DNA of 64,000 bases from Candidatus Omnitrophota bacterium (GTDB taxonomy: Bacteria; Omnitrophota; Gorgyraeia; Duberdicusellales; 4484-171), in contig JBDRAN010000006.1 of assembly GCA_043823745.1 (NCBI GenBank), positions 104,176 through 168,175 on the forward strand. The letters are read 5' to 3'. A program made the position numbers and the translations under genes. Shown here piece after piece: positions 33,349 to 42,513 of this stretch. Every line of letters starts with the position of its first letter. Positions within the stretch are counted from its first letter, which is position 1. Below the pieces are notes generated by a model. That model was not told the origin of the DNA and made no database searches. It saw only the letters and a program-made list of their open reading frames with translations.

Positions 33349-33601
33349 AATAGTCTGGCTGGTAGTCGGTTTTACCGGGCAAATTTTATTTTTTTTACGA
33401 TTTTTCTTCCAGTGGATCGCGAGCGAGAAAAAAAAGGAAAGTATTATTCCTTTGTCGTTTTGGTACTTCAGTATCGCCGGTGGGCTCATTCTGCTTATGT
33501 ATTCAATATACCGCAAAGACCCGGTATTTATTGCCGGCCAGAGCTTAGGTGTAGTTATTTATGCGCGTAACCTCTATTTTATCTATCGCAAAAAAGACTA
33601 A
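33329..33601 (+). CDS. Stand-alone LAB_N (lipid A biosynthesis N-terminal domain) membrane protein
   Basis: GFTGQILF.LRF..QW.ASE, P..FWY.S..G, DPVFI.GQ, IY.RNL. Confidence 0.85.
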   Translation: MRLNGLEIVWLVVGFTGQILFFLRFFFQWIASEKKKESIIPLSFWYFSIAGGLILLMYSIYRKDPVFIAGQSLGVVIYARNLYFIYRKKD

Positions 33602-35075
33602 CCCCTATCTTCTGCTTTTGGTCTTTACGTGCGCGCTGTATCTTCCTTCCAGTTTCTTCCGGGCCCCGTTTGCACCGGATGAATTTCGCAATATCTATAT
33701 CGCAAAAAATATCTCCACGCCGCACGATTACCTTTTCCCTAAATATGTGGAGGGTCTTTATCGCGAGAAACCGCCGTTTTATTTCTGGATACTCAAAGTT
33801 TTAGAACGCGCGCCCGTAACGGGCCTGCTTACGATGCCGGTTTTCTTTAACGCGTTAGTCTCATGGGGGATTCTCTCGCTCTGCTACGCGTTTTTCGCGC
33901 GCCAAAACCTGCCACGGGTCGGATATGTCAGCGCGTTTGTCCTCGCTACGACAGGACTTTTTTATGGCATGAATGTGTTGGTGCGCATGGACATTCTGTT
34001 TATTTACTTTATTTTTTTGAGCATCTATTTGTTTTGGTGCGCGCTCGCGCGTGATCGGTGGTCGCTTGCCCTTTGCGCGGCCCTGACCTCGTTTTTAGCG
34101 GTTTTTACCAAGGGAGCGTTCGGAATTCTTTTCCCGCTTTTTATTGAAATCGGCATGGCGGTTTTCGCGCGCTCGCGCAAAGCGTTTATCAAAGCGCTTG
34201 GAGTTAACATTCTGGCCGCCTCTCTTATTTTTGTCTGGCTCATTTCCTTTTCGCAGCTTGACCATGATTATCTGTCGCAGATGTTTTTCCGCCAAACCGT
34301 CGCGCGCGGCGTTAACCCGTTCAGTCACGCCGAACCATGGTATTATTACCTTATATATATGATCCCTGTTTTTCTTCCCTGGTCTTTCTTACTGTTTGGA
34401 TATCTGGCGGGACTGCGCCGCCGGAAAATCGATCAGTGGGAAAAGATATACTTGCTATGGTTTTTCGGCGGCCTCTTTTTTTTATCCCTGGTTCGTTCGA
34501 AACTCGAGATGTATTTGTTACTTTTGGCGATACCGTTTGCGGTTCTCGCGGGAAAGTTTTTAACCGACGGCCTCTTGCATGTTAAAAATAAAATCCTTAT
34601 CGGCACCGCTGGATTTTTTGCCATCGCTTCCCTGGTCGCGTTTTTCATCTATCGGCCCACCGGGGTTATGCCGCCCAGCGCTTGGGTTGGGGTGACGATA
34701 CTGGTTGCGCTCTGTGTCGTCACCGTTCTGGCACGGCCGCATAAAAAGGTGACCGTTTTTTTTGTCGGTTGGGTAATTTTTATTCAGCTTCTCAATACGC
34801 TTTATCTGCCGGCGGCAAGCAATGCCGGTGATTATAAAAGGATTCTCGATACGTTGAGGGGAACGAATATCACATATCAGAATATTTGTGTTACGGAAAA
34901 GTCACTTCTTGCGCTGTCGATTTATCCGCTTCGTGCGCCTCTGTCCTATTGTGCGTCTGGAGAGAAGGCCTGTCAGCACACCGGGAGTATTATTGTTACG
35001 AAAGACCGCGAATTTCCCTGCAGCCTCGTAAAAATTTCGGAAATCAAAGAATTTACTATTTTTTATAAGCAATAA
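33561..35075 (+). CDS. ArnT/PMT-like GT-C glycosyltransferase
   Basis: PDEFR, EKPPFYFW, RMD, TKG, HAEPWYYY..FLPW; many TM segments. Confidence 0.88.
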   Translation: MRVTSILSIAKKTNPYLLLLVFTCALYLPSSFFRAPFAPDEFRNIYIAKNISTPHDYLFPKYVEGLYREKPPFYFWILKVLERAPVTGLLTMPVFFNALVSWGILSLCYAFFARQNLPRVGYVSAFVLATTGLFYGMNVLVRMDILFIYFIFLSIYLFWCALARDRWSLALCAALTSFLAVFTKGAFGILFPLFIEIGMAVFARSRKAFIKALGVNILAASLIFVWLISFSQLDHDYLSQMFFRQTVARGVNPFSHAEPWYYYLIYMIPVFLPWSFLLFGYLAGLRRRKIDQWEKIYLLWFFGGLFFLSLVRSKLEMYLLLLAIPFAVLAGKFLTDGLLHVKNKILIGTAGFFAIASLVAFFIYRPTGVMPPSAWVGVTILVALCVVTVLARPHKKVTVFFVGWVIFIQLLNTLYLPAASNAGDYKRILDTLRGTNITYQNICVTEKSLLALSIYPLRAPLSYCASGEKACQHTGSIIVTKDREFPCSLVKISEIKEFTIFYKQ

Positions 35076-36883
35076 TGCAGCGCCTGGTATCCGATCGTCA
35101 CCTTCATGCTTTGCTTCGCGCGCACCCAAAGGAGCCGTGTGTCTTACTGGAGGACGCAGCGGCCGGGCGATCCCTGTTGTTCGATGATTGTTATCGAACG
35201 ATTTTCTTTAATCCCGGCGACGACCCGCAGCAGTTTTGTGCGTCGCTTCAAAGCTTTTTGGATCGCGGGTTCTGGCTCTGCGGGTACATTGCTTATGAAT
35301 TCGGTTATTATAGCGAGCCGGCGCTTGTTGATTTGAGCTGTACTCTTAACAAACCGCTCGCCTGGTTTGTCGTTACGCGGCAACCACGCGTTCTTACGGC
35401 AGAACGTGTTGCGCAACGTAAAGAAAACGCGGCTCAAGGACAAGCTTTTTCGATACGCAACATGAGGGCAAACATGAGCCGGCTACACTATTATCGGGCC
35501 CTTGGGGCAATACAACGGCATCTCGTCCGCGGCGATACGTATCAAGTTAACTATACTATGAAGCTTCATTTTGATTTTTTCGGTGACCCGCTCGGCTTAT
35601 ACTGCGCGCTCCGGTATCGTCAGCCGACCGCATATATGGCATTCATGAACACCGGGAAAAATTGTATTCTTTCCTTTTCACCGGAACTTTTTTTTAAACG
35701 CACCGGGCGCACGATCAAGATGCAGCCCATGAAAGGAACGATTGCCAAGGGACGTGACGCGCGCGAAGACCGTGCGCTCTGTGAGGCGCTTTCGCATGAC
35801 GCAAAAAGCCGCGCCGAGAATATTATGATCGTTGACCTCTTGCGTAGCGACCTGGGAAGAATTGCCACCCGGGTGACCGTTCCGCAGCTTTTTGTGACGG
35901 AGTCACACCGTACGTTGCATCAGATGACCTCAACAATAACCGCGCGTCTTACGCCGGGCGCCACGCTTGGCGCGATATTTAAGGCGTTATTTCCTTCGGG
36001 TTCGGTCACCGGCGCGCCCAAAATACGCACAATGCAGCTGATTCACGAGCTTGAGAAGGAACCGCGCGGTGTTTATACCGGGGCCCTGGGGTATTGCGCG
36101 CCCGATGGGCACGCATGTTTTAATGTCGCCATTAGAACTATTGATATCCATGGTCGTCACGGAGAGCTTGGCGTGGGAAGCGGTATTGTGTACGATTCTC
36201 AACCGGCCGCCGAATATCAGGAGACGTTACTTAAGGCCCGATTTCTTACCGATTACAATCAGCGCTTTTCTTTAATTGAGACAATACTCTGGGAGAAGGG
36301 GTATCGGTTGTTGGGGTTACACGTGGCGCGATTGGCTGCAAGTTGCCGTTACTTTGTCGTTCCGTGCGACACGCGCGCGTTACGAAAAAAACTTATTTTG
36401 TTCGCACACAAGCTTAAAGCCCCCTCGAAAGTAAGGCTTGTAGTTGATTTAGACGGAAGCCAGAGCCTTACTGCAGAAGCATGCGATGAAACGCCGCCGC
36501 GCCCGCGGATTATGCTTGATCGGGCCAGGGTTTCCCGCCGGGATATGTTTCTGTATCATAAAACCACGAACCGTCAATTCTATGAGAAACGGTTGCGTCG
36601 TGCCCGCGCCCGCGGGTTTTACGAGGTTATTTTTCGAAATGCGGACGGCGAGCTTACCGAAGGGGCGTTTACGAATCTTTTCATTAAAAAGAATCAGCGC
36701 CTCTATACGCCGCCTGTTTCCTGTGGCCTTTTGCCCGGGGTTTTAAGGCAACGCTTGATTGAGGCTGGTCGTGCACGCGAAAAAATACTGCATATACGCG
36801 ATATCCGTCAGGCTGACGCGGTGTATATCGGCAATTCAGTGCGAGGCCTGTTCGAAGTTGAAATTTCCCTTGCCGATTTATGA
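35075..36883 (+). CDS. pabB: Aminodeoxychorismate synthase component I fused to class IV aminotransferase/ADC lyase (PabB-PabC)
   Basis: GDTYQVN, SPELF, PMKGT, AENIMIVDLLR, SVTGAPK, FNVAIRT; C-terminal HKTT, TEGAFTN, GLLPGV. Confidence 0.92.
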   Translation: MQRLVSDRHLHALLRAHPKEPCVLLEDAAAGRSLLFDDCYRTIFFNPGDDPQQFCASLQSFLDRGFWLCGYIAYEFGYYSEPALVDLSCTLNKPLAWFVVTRQPRVLTAERVAQRKENAAQGQAFSIRNMRANMSRLHYYRALGAIQRHLVRGDTYQVNYTMKLHFDFFGDPLGLYCALRYRQPTAYMAFMNTGKNCILSFSPELFFKRTGRTIKMQPMKGTIAKGRDAREDRALCEALSHDAKSRAENIMIVDLLRSDLGRIATRVTVPQLFVTESHRTLHQMTSTITARLTPGATLGAIFKALFPSGSVTGAPKIRTMQLIHELEKEPRGVYTGALGYCAPDGHACFNVAIRTIDIHGRHGELGVGSGIVYDSQPAAEYQETLLKARFLTDYNQRFSLIETILWEKGYRLLGLHVARLAASCRYFVVPCDTRALRKKLILFAHKLKAPSKVRLVVDLDGSQSLTAEACDETPPRPRIMLDRARVSRRDMFLYHKTTNRQFYEKRLRRARARGFYEVIFRNADGELTEGAFTNLFIKKNQRLYTPPVSCGLLPGVLRQRLIEAGRAREKILHIRDIRQADAVYIGNSVRGLFEVEISLADL

Positions 36884-36909
36884 AATCAAAGTAAAATCAA
36901 ATATACCCC

Positions 36910-37749
36910 ATGACAAGCGCCCGGCAATTTCATATTCCGGTTCTTTCACTTACAAAAATCAAGCCCACCATATATATTATTCGTGTGCGGTCGCGTGCGC
37001 TTGCGCGTCGTTGCCGGCCTGGACAATTCCTGCACATCAAAGTCGATACGCAGATTACTCTGTTGCGACGGCCTTTAAGTATTCATGCAATAGAGCACGA
37101 TACGCTCTCGCTCTTGTTTCGCGTGCGCGGGAGGGGGACCGAGCTTCTTTCACGCTACAAAAAAGGGGATATGCTCGATATTATCGGCCCGCTGGGTAAT
37201 GGATTTAACACAAGTCCACGGTCCAGTGCGCAAGCCTCCCCGAAGGAGACGGTCCACGGTCCACAGAGAAACATTTTGGTGGCTGGCGGGATCGGAGTTG
37301 CACCTTTAGTATTTCTTGCTCAAAAGCTCGCCGCGGCAGAGCAGAAAAAATCAAAAGGTAAAGGTCTGGTATTGCTCGGCGCTAAAAATAAGCATGAGGT
37401 TCTCGGAGAGCATGAATTCAAGAAAGTAGGTTTTGAGGTGCTCGTAGCGACCGATGATGGTTCGCGTGGGTTTCGCGGAACCGTTACGGACTTATTAGAG
37501 AAACAATTATCAGCTCATGAGCTCATGAGCTCATCAGCTCATATATATGCCTGCGGTCCTCAGGAAATGTTTAAGAGGATAAGAGATATTATCGCGCCCT
37601 ATCCGAGCGTGCGGTGTCAGGTTTCGTTTGAACAGTTTATGGGTTGTGGCCTCGGTATTTGTTGCGGTTGCGTTATTCAAGCCTCCGGAGGCTATAAAAA
37701 AGTTTGCAAAGACGGCCCCGTGTTTAATATCAAGGAAATATATGCGTAA
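36910..37749 (+). CDS. pyrK: Dihydroorotate dehydrogenase electron transfer subunit
   Basis: PGQF, RRPLSI, GPLGNGF, AGGIG.AP, ACGP, MGCGLGICCGC, VCKDGPVF. Confidence 0.95.
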   Translation: MTSARQFHIPVLSLTKIKPTIYIIRVRSRALARRCRPGQFLHIKVDTQITLLRRPLSIHAIEHDTLSLLFRVRGRGTELLSRYKKGDMLDIIGPLGNGFNTSPRSSAQASPKETVHGPQRNILVAGGIGVAPLVFLAQKLAAAEQKKSKGKGLVLLGAKNKHEVLGEHEFKKVGFEVLVATDDGSRGFRGTVTDLLEKQLSAHELMSSSAHIYACGPQEMFKRIRDIIAPYPSVRCQVSFEQFMGCGLGICCGCVIQASGGYKKVCKDGPVFNIKEIYA

Positions 37750-39304
37750 GTTTTTCCTCTTTGTGATTGTTGCAGCCATAAGCATATCGGTGTTTGCCGA
37801 CATAAAAGTGTATCTTAAAAATGGCCGGCGTATGACCGGGGCGCTGGTGAGCATGGATGAGAAGAAAATAACGATTGCACTTCCCGGCCGCGGGACCATG
37901 CGTACGAGTTTTCCTAAAGAAGACGTGGAAAGTATCGAGGGCCTTTCGTATGATGAGTTTGCACGGGCTAAAAAAACGCATGACGCCCTTACCTTTGAGG
38001 GCAAAGAACAGGGGTTTAAGTCTTCTTTTTCTGACGCGATTAAGCTTGTCGAAGAGAAGCGCGCGCTCCCGTTTATCTTGGACGTAAACCATGAAATCCT
38101 TGAACGCGATCAGCTCCAGGATTATTTACGGAAGGAGATGGATAGATCAATCAGCGACGAGGACATTGAGCGCGAGAGAAAACTTCTAATACAATTAGGG
38201 CTTCTGTCCGCCGATACCGATTATAAAGAAATGACCATCAATTTGTTTACGCGCAGCGTAGCGGGCCTGTATGATCCTCGCGAGAAAAAAATGTATCTTT
38301 TAAAAGACGCGACATCGAGAGTCTCCCCGATTATGCCCAGCGAAGTTATTATGCATGAGTTGGTGCATGCATTGCAGGATCAATATCTGTTTCTCGATCA
38401 GATCGACGAAGAGCTTAAAACACTCGATATGGATCAAACGCTTGCCAGGCGCGCCGTGATTGAGGGCGAGGCGACCTTTGTATCCTATAGTATTGTCGGA
38501 GACTATGTTAAAAAAATATACGGGCAGAAGATGCCCAAAAACGCCCTCGCGATGCTTGATATGGAAAAATTTATTTTTGAGTCAATGCAGCTTATGACGA
38601 ATAGTCTTTCCGATGATTTTACAAAGAAACCGCTCCTTGAGTATATGATTTTTCCGTACGTCCGCGGCGGGACCTTTATGAAATATGCATTCGATAATGG
38701 AGGGTGGGCCGCCGTCGATAAGATATATAAAGATTATCCGGTCTCCAGCGAGCAAGTCATCCATCCGGAAAAATATTTTCTGGTCAAGGATGAGCCTCTG
38801 CCTCTTGCCGAAAAGAAACTTGCATTCCTCCAAGCCGCGGGGTTTCAATGTGTTGATCGCGGAGTGCTCGGTGAATTTACATTGTACGCCATGGCCCAAA
38901 CGTTTCTTGACGGGCTTTACGCTAAAATGATTTCCGAAGGGTGGGGGAATGATCGATATTATTTGTTCGAAAAAGAAAGTAAAAATATTTTTATTATGGA
39001 TACACTCTGGGACTCTTCTCAGGATACCGAGGAGTTTTACAAGGGTATCAAGGCCCTTTTTGATAAAAAATACAAAGGGCTTGCCTGGACCGAACATAAG
39101 GATTTTTTTGTAGGGCACAATGAGATTGACACGGTTTATGGTGGTAAAAAAGGGGCTGAAGTTGTCACGATAGAAAGTAAAATAAACGATACAGAATTGA
39201 TCTCTGAACTGGTGAGTGCGTTCGCGTTCCCCTGGACCGCGTCAGGCCCCGAGGATCTTCGGGAAAAGCCGGCCCGGTCGGAGAGCGCGCCCTCGGGAAA
39301 ATAA
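37742..39304 (+). CDS. Secreted HEXXH zinc-metallopeptidase-like protein
   Basis: Signal peptide; AGLYDP; VIMHELVHALQDQ; EGEA; FPY..G; SSEQVIHPEKY; GWGND. Confidence 0.75.
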   Translation: MRKFFLFVIVAAISISVFADIKVYLKNGRRMTGALVSMDEKKITIALPGRGTMRTSFPKEDVESIEGLSYDEFARAKKTHDALTFEGKEQGFKSSFSDAIKLVEEKRALPFILDVNHEILERDQLQDYLRKEMDRSISDEDIERERKLLIQLGLLSADTDYKEMTINLFTRSVAGLYDPREKKMYLLKDATSRVSPIMPSEVIMHELVHALQDQYLFLDQIDEELKTLDMDQTLARRAVIEGEATFVSYSIVGDYVKKIYGQKMPKNALAMLDMEKFIFESMQLMTNSLSDDFTKKPLLEYMIFPYVRGGTFMKYAFDNGGWAAVDKIYKDYPVSSEQVIHPEKYFLVKDEPLPLAEKKLAFLQAAGFQCVDRGVLGEFTLYAMAQTFLDGLYAKMISEGWGNDRYYLFEKESKNIFIMDTLWDSSQDTEEFYKGIKALFDKKYKGLAWTEHKDFFVGHNEIDTVYGGKKGAEVVTIESKINDTELISELVSAFAFPWTASGPEDLREKPARSESAPSGK

Positions 39305-39345
39305 CGTAACGATTTATCGGGCTTTTGTTAAGAAAGGAGGCATGC

Positions 39346-40494
39346 ATGGACCCTTTTATTTCAATTATTATTCCTGTGCGTAACATGGACCGGACCATCA
39401 CCAAGACGTTTGAGTATATTACCGCGATAGACTATCCCCGAGAGCACATGGAGATTATTTTTGCCGACGGGGGCAGTAAGGACCGGACAATCTCCATTAT
39501 TAAGGATTATCAAAAAGAGCATCCCTACGTTAAGCTTGTGGAGATTAATCGTTGTCCCTCACCGGGTTTCGCGCGTACCCGCGCGCTCGAAGCCGCCAAA
39601 GGGGAATTCGTTTTCTTTACCGACGGAGACTGCGCGCCGTGTGCCGATTGGGTTCACAAGATACTCGCGGCGTTTAAGAAAGATCCCAAAATAGGCGCGG
39701 TTGGCGGTGAAATATTAACGTTACGGGTCGATCCCAACAATGTAGTTGAAATTTATTGTGAAGCGTTTGGGTTTAACCGCGTTTCATGGCGTTACGGAAG
39801 CCTCGGTGAAGGATATTATCCTGATTTAAGCGATATGGCGCCTACGCAAATTTGCGGCCATCGCGCTTATTTTTTTGTTACCGCCAATGTCGCCTATCGC
39901 AAACGCACCATTGAAGAAAATCAGAGGAAATTCTGGGATCTTCCTACCGGCGAAGACATGGATTTTGGAATACGCGCCCGCAAGAATGGCTGGAAGTTTT
40001 ATTTTCTGCCGTCCGCATCGGTTGAGCATATGCATCGGGCCGATTTATCGGCGCTTTTGCGTGTGTGGAAGTCATACGGCGTGGCGCATCCGGTGCTGGT
40101 TAAGCATCATGCAAAACCCTCCATGGAGATTGTGTTTCAATTTATCGGCCGCTGGCCCAATCACGCAATAATGCGGGTTCCCTCGTTTATCAAGGGGTTT
40201 GTTTACATCGGTAATTTCCATCTCATGCATCTTTGTGGAGCGCTTTTAGCCACGATGTTTATACTCCACTGGGTATACCCCGCCTCAATAATTTTTAAAG
40301 CAGCAACCTGGCTTTCGCTCGTTTTAGCGGGGTTTTTTACATTCAGATTTTTCCGGCCGGCATTTAACATCTCGCCCTATAATCAGTGGCTTGCATTCGC
40401 GAAGATGAAATATTTTACGAATCTCTATTTTATCTTAGGCGGTATGCAGGGTTCGCTTAAGAATGGAACATTTTGTATAGAGCCGAGTTTTTAA
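39346..40494 (+). CDS. GT2 glycosyltransferase with C-terminal TM segments
   Basis: SIIIPVRN, ADGGSKD, FTDGDC, TANVAYR, GEDMDF. Confidence 0.88.
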   Translation: MDPFISIIIPVRNMDRTITKTFEYITAIDYPREHMEIIFADGGSKDRTISIIKDYQKEHPYVKLVEINRCPSPGFARTRALEAAKGEFVFFTDGDCAPCADWVHKILAAFKKDPKIGAVGGEILTLRVDPNNVVEIYCEAFGFNRVSWRYGSLGEGYYPDLSDMAPTQICGHRAYFFVTANVAYRKRTIEENQRKFWDLPTGEDMDFGIRARKNGWKFYFLPSASVEHMHRADLSALLRVWKSYGVAHPVLVKHHAKPSMEIVFQFIGRWPNHAIMRVPSFIKGFVYIGNFHLMHLCGALLATMFILHWVYPASIIFKAATWLSLVLAGFFTFRFFRPAFNISPYNQWLAFAKMKYFTNLYFILGGMQGSLKNGTFCIEPSF

Positions 40495-40547
40495 TGAGCA
40501 CATTCTTTTTCCAAGTCGGAGACGCTGGAAAAAGAATAGTGCGAATT

Positions 40548-40626
40548 ATCCTGTTTTTACCTCAATTGATTATTTTCGCAATTTCTCGAAATTGCGAGAG
40601 AACCTATCGGGTGCAAAAACGGGAGC
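40548..40626 (+). repeat. Palindromic dispersed repeat, copy 2
   Basis: CCTCAATTGATTATTTTCGCAATTTC-TC-GAAATTGCGAGAGAA..TATCGGGTGCAAAA, inverted relative to copy 1. Confidence 0.85.
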
Positions 40627-40698
40627 AATTCGCGCAGGTGATTTATGAGCGCTCACCTGCGTTCGCTCCATAAATCCCGCGCTCATTGCGAGGTGTAT

Positions 40699-41055
40699 AT
40701 GTGGCTTCTCTATATTGTCTTGGGTCTTGCCGCCGGCGTTGCCAGCGGTCTTTTGGGTATCGGGGGAGGGTTAATTCTTATTCCGACGCTGGTATATTTC
40801 TTTGGCCTGACGCAGCACCAGGCGCAGGGGACCACCCTTGCCTTAATGGTTCCGCCGATCGGGCTTTTAGCCGCGTTTAAGTATTACCAGTACGGCAACG
40901 TTAAGCTTGGTATGGCTGCTTTTATTTGTATAGGGTTCTTCGTAGGAGGTTTATTCGGTGCGATGCTTGTGCATAAAATTCCGGAACTTGCTCTTAAGCG
41001 GATTTTTGGTGTGGTATTATTAGTTGCATCACTACGGATGATTTTTTCAAGATAA
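40699..41055 (+). CDS. Half-size TauE/SafE (TSUP) family membrane protein
   Basis: G..AG..SGLLGIGGG....P, QHQAQGTTLA; 118 aa; RBS GAGGTG. Confidence 0.85.
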   Translation: MWLLYIVLGLAAGVASGLLGIGGGLILIPTLVYFFGLTQHQAQGTTLALMVPPIGLLAAFKYYQYGNVKLGMAAFICIGFFVGGLFGAMLVHKIPELALKRIFGVVLLVASLRMIFSR

Positions 41056-41194
41056 ATGACCTTACAGCACCCTTTTTAATCCCTTCCGCGAAATCCCCAC
41101 TCTCTAGACCGGGGATAGGAATTTGCGGGATGGATTTTGCTTCAGGGAGGGAACCCTGGCCTTTAGGCCGAAGAGTCCCGCTTCCGAGAGCTGG

Positions 41195-41374
41195 TTATAA
41201 ATCGTAATTAATTTCTCGTGTATCGCGCCTGCTTTTTTCTTCAATGCCCGCGCCGCAGCTGGCGCATTTTTTTAGCAGATTATCAGAGAAATCTTTGAAT
41301 AACTCTTCTTTGAGAGCAAGGGTCGCTCTTACGAGATTCTCGTTTTTCAATAAACACGCCTTTCGTGGTGACAT
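41195..41374 (-). CDS. Small hypothetical protein (59 aa, CxxC)
   Basis: MSPRKACLLKNENLVRATLALKEELFKDFSDNLLKKCASCGAGIEEKSRRDTREINYDL*; G-rich RBS; TTGAGC-17-TAGCAT upstream on the minus strand. Confidence 0.5.
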   Translation of the reverse strand: MSPRKACLLKNENLVRATLALKEELFKDFSDNLLKKCASCGAGIEEKSRRDTREINYDL

Positions 41375-41597
41375 CGTTCCCCCCCCAAGGTTTAGAAATG
41401 GTTATAATACATTATTTTAATTCATGCTACCACTGCTTCAAGCGGCGCTCAACTATTTTCTGCGTGCTTCCGGGAACATCTATCATCGCTCGCCCGGCCC
41501 CTGGAGGCACATAATGCTCACCATTGCGCCTGGCACGTGTTTCCGTGTGTCCAAAATCTGAGTTGAAATCTTTATTTTCTATACTACAATAGGGGCA

Positions 41598-42503
41598 ATG
41601 GAGTTAGCGATTAATCTAGGAACTTTAAAGCTGAAAACCCCTATTATAGCTGCTTCCGGAACCTTTGGGTACGGGGAAGAACTCGTAGGGTTAGTTGATT
41701 TTACATCCATTGGCGCGATAATCACAAAAACGATTACGGTCGAGCCTCGTTCCGGAAACCCGCCGCCCAGGATTTACGAGACAAGCTGCGGAGTTCTTAA
41801 CTCGATCGGCCTCGAAAACCCCGGCCTCGAAAAATTCTTGCAGGAAAAGCTTCCTGCCCTGGCACGCCTTGATACTGTATGTATCGTCAGCATCGGTGGG
41901 TTTTCCTTTGAAGAGTACGAAAGCATGGTGCGCCGCATAAGTTCTTGTCGGGAAATCAAAGCGATCGAAGTGAATCTTTCCTGTCCCAACATACGTTTAA
42001 AGAAGATGATCTCGCAGGATAAGGCCGCGACAGCCCGTCTTATCAAAACGTTACGGCCGCTGACCGATAAGGTGCTGATTGCCAAAATTACTCCTGAAAC
42101 CGATGATATCGTTGCCGTAGCAGCAGCCTGTCGAGGAGCCGATGCCGACGCGATCTCGCTGGTCAATACTTTTTACGGGATGGCTTTGAATATTGAAACC
42201 GGTAAGCCGTATCTGGGTAATGGGTATGGCGGTTACTCAGGAAAAGCGATCAAGCCCATGGCGCTGTATCGGACCTGGCAGGTCGCAAAAAATATTGATA
42301 TTCCGATTATTGCCGGTGGTGGCGTTGAAAGTTCGGCTGACGTTATCGAGTTTATCATGGCGGGGGCCACTGCAGTGAGCGTTGGCACACTTAATTTCGT
42401 TTACCCTAACCATGCCGTAACTATCGCGCGCGGGTTACGTGATTACGGAAAGCATAAAAAAATAAAAAGCATTGAGGACGTACGCGGCAGCGCGGTCCTT
42501 TGA
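41598..42503 (+). CDS. pyrD: Dihydroorotate dehydrogenase (class 1B) catalytic subunit
   Basis: ASGTFG, GNPPPRI.E, NSIGLENPG, EVNLSCPN, GGYSG.AIKP. Confidence 0.96.
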   Translation: MELAINLGTLKLKTPIIAASGTFGYGEELVGLVDFTSIGAIITKTITVEPRSGNPPPRIYETSCGVLNSIGLENPGLEKFLQEKLPALARLDTVCIVSIGGFSFEEYESMVRRISSCREIKAIEVNLSCPNIRLKKMISQDKAATARLIKTLRPLTDKVLIAKITPETDDIVAVAAACRGADADAISLVNTFYGMALNIETGKPYLGNGYGGYSGKAIKPMALYRTWQVAKNIDIPIIAGGGVESSADVIEFIMAGATAVSVGTLNFVYPNHAVTIARGLRDYGKHKKIKSIEDVRGSAVL

Positions 42504-42513
42504 GGGAGAACGT

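Noticed and set aside
36881-36905. AAATCAAAGTAAAATCAAAT as another heptamer arm
   Set aside because: Too short and A-rich to separate from background; no inverted partner.
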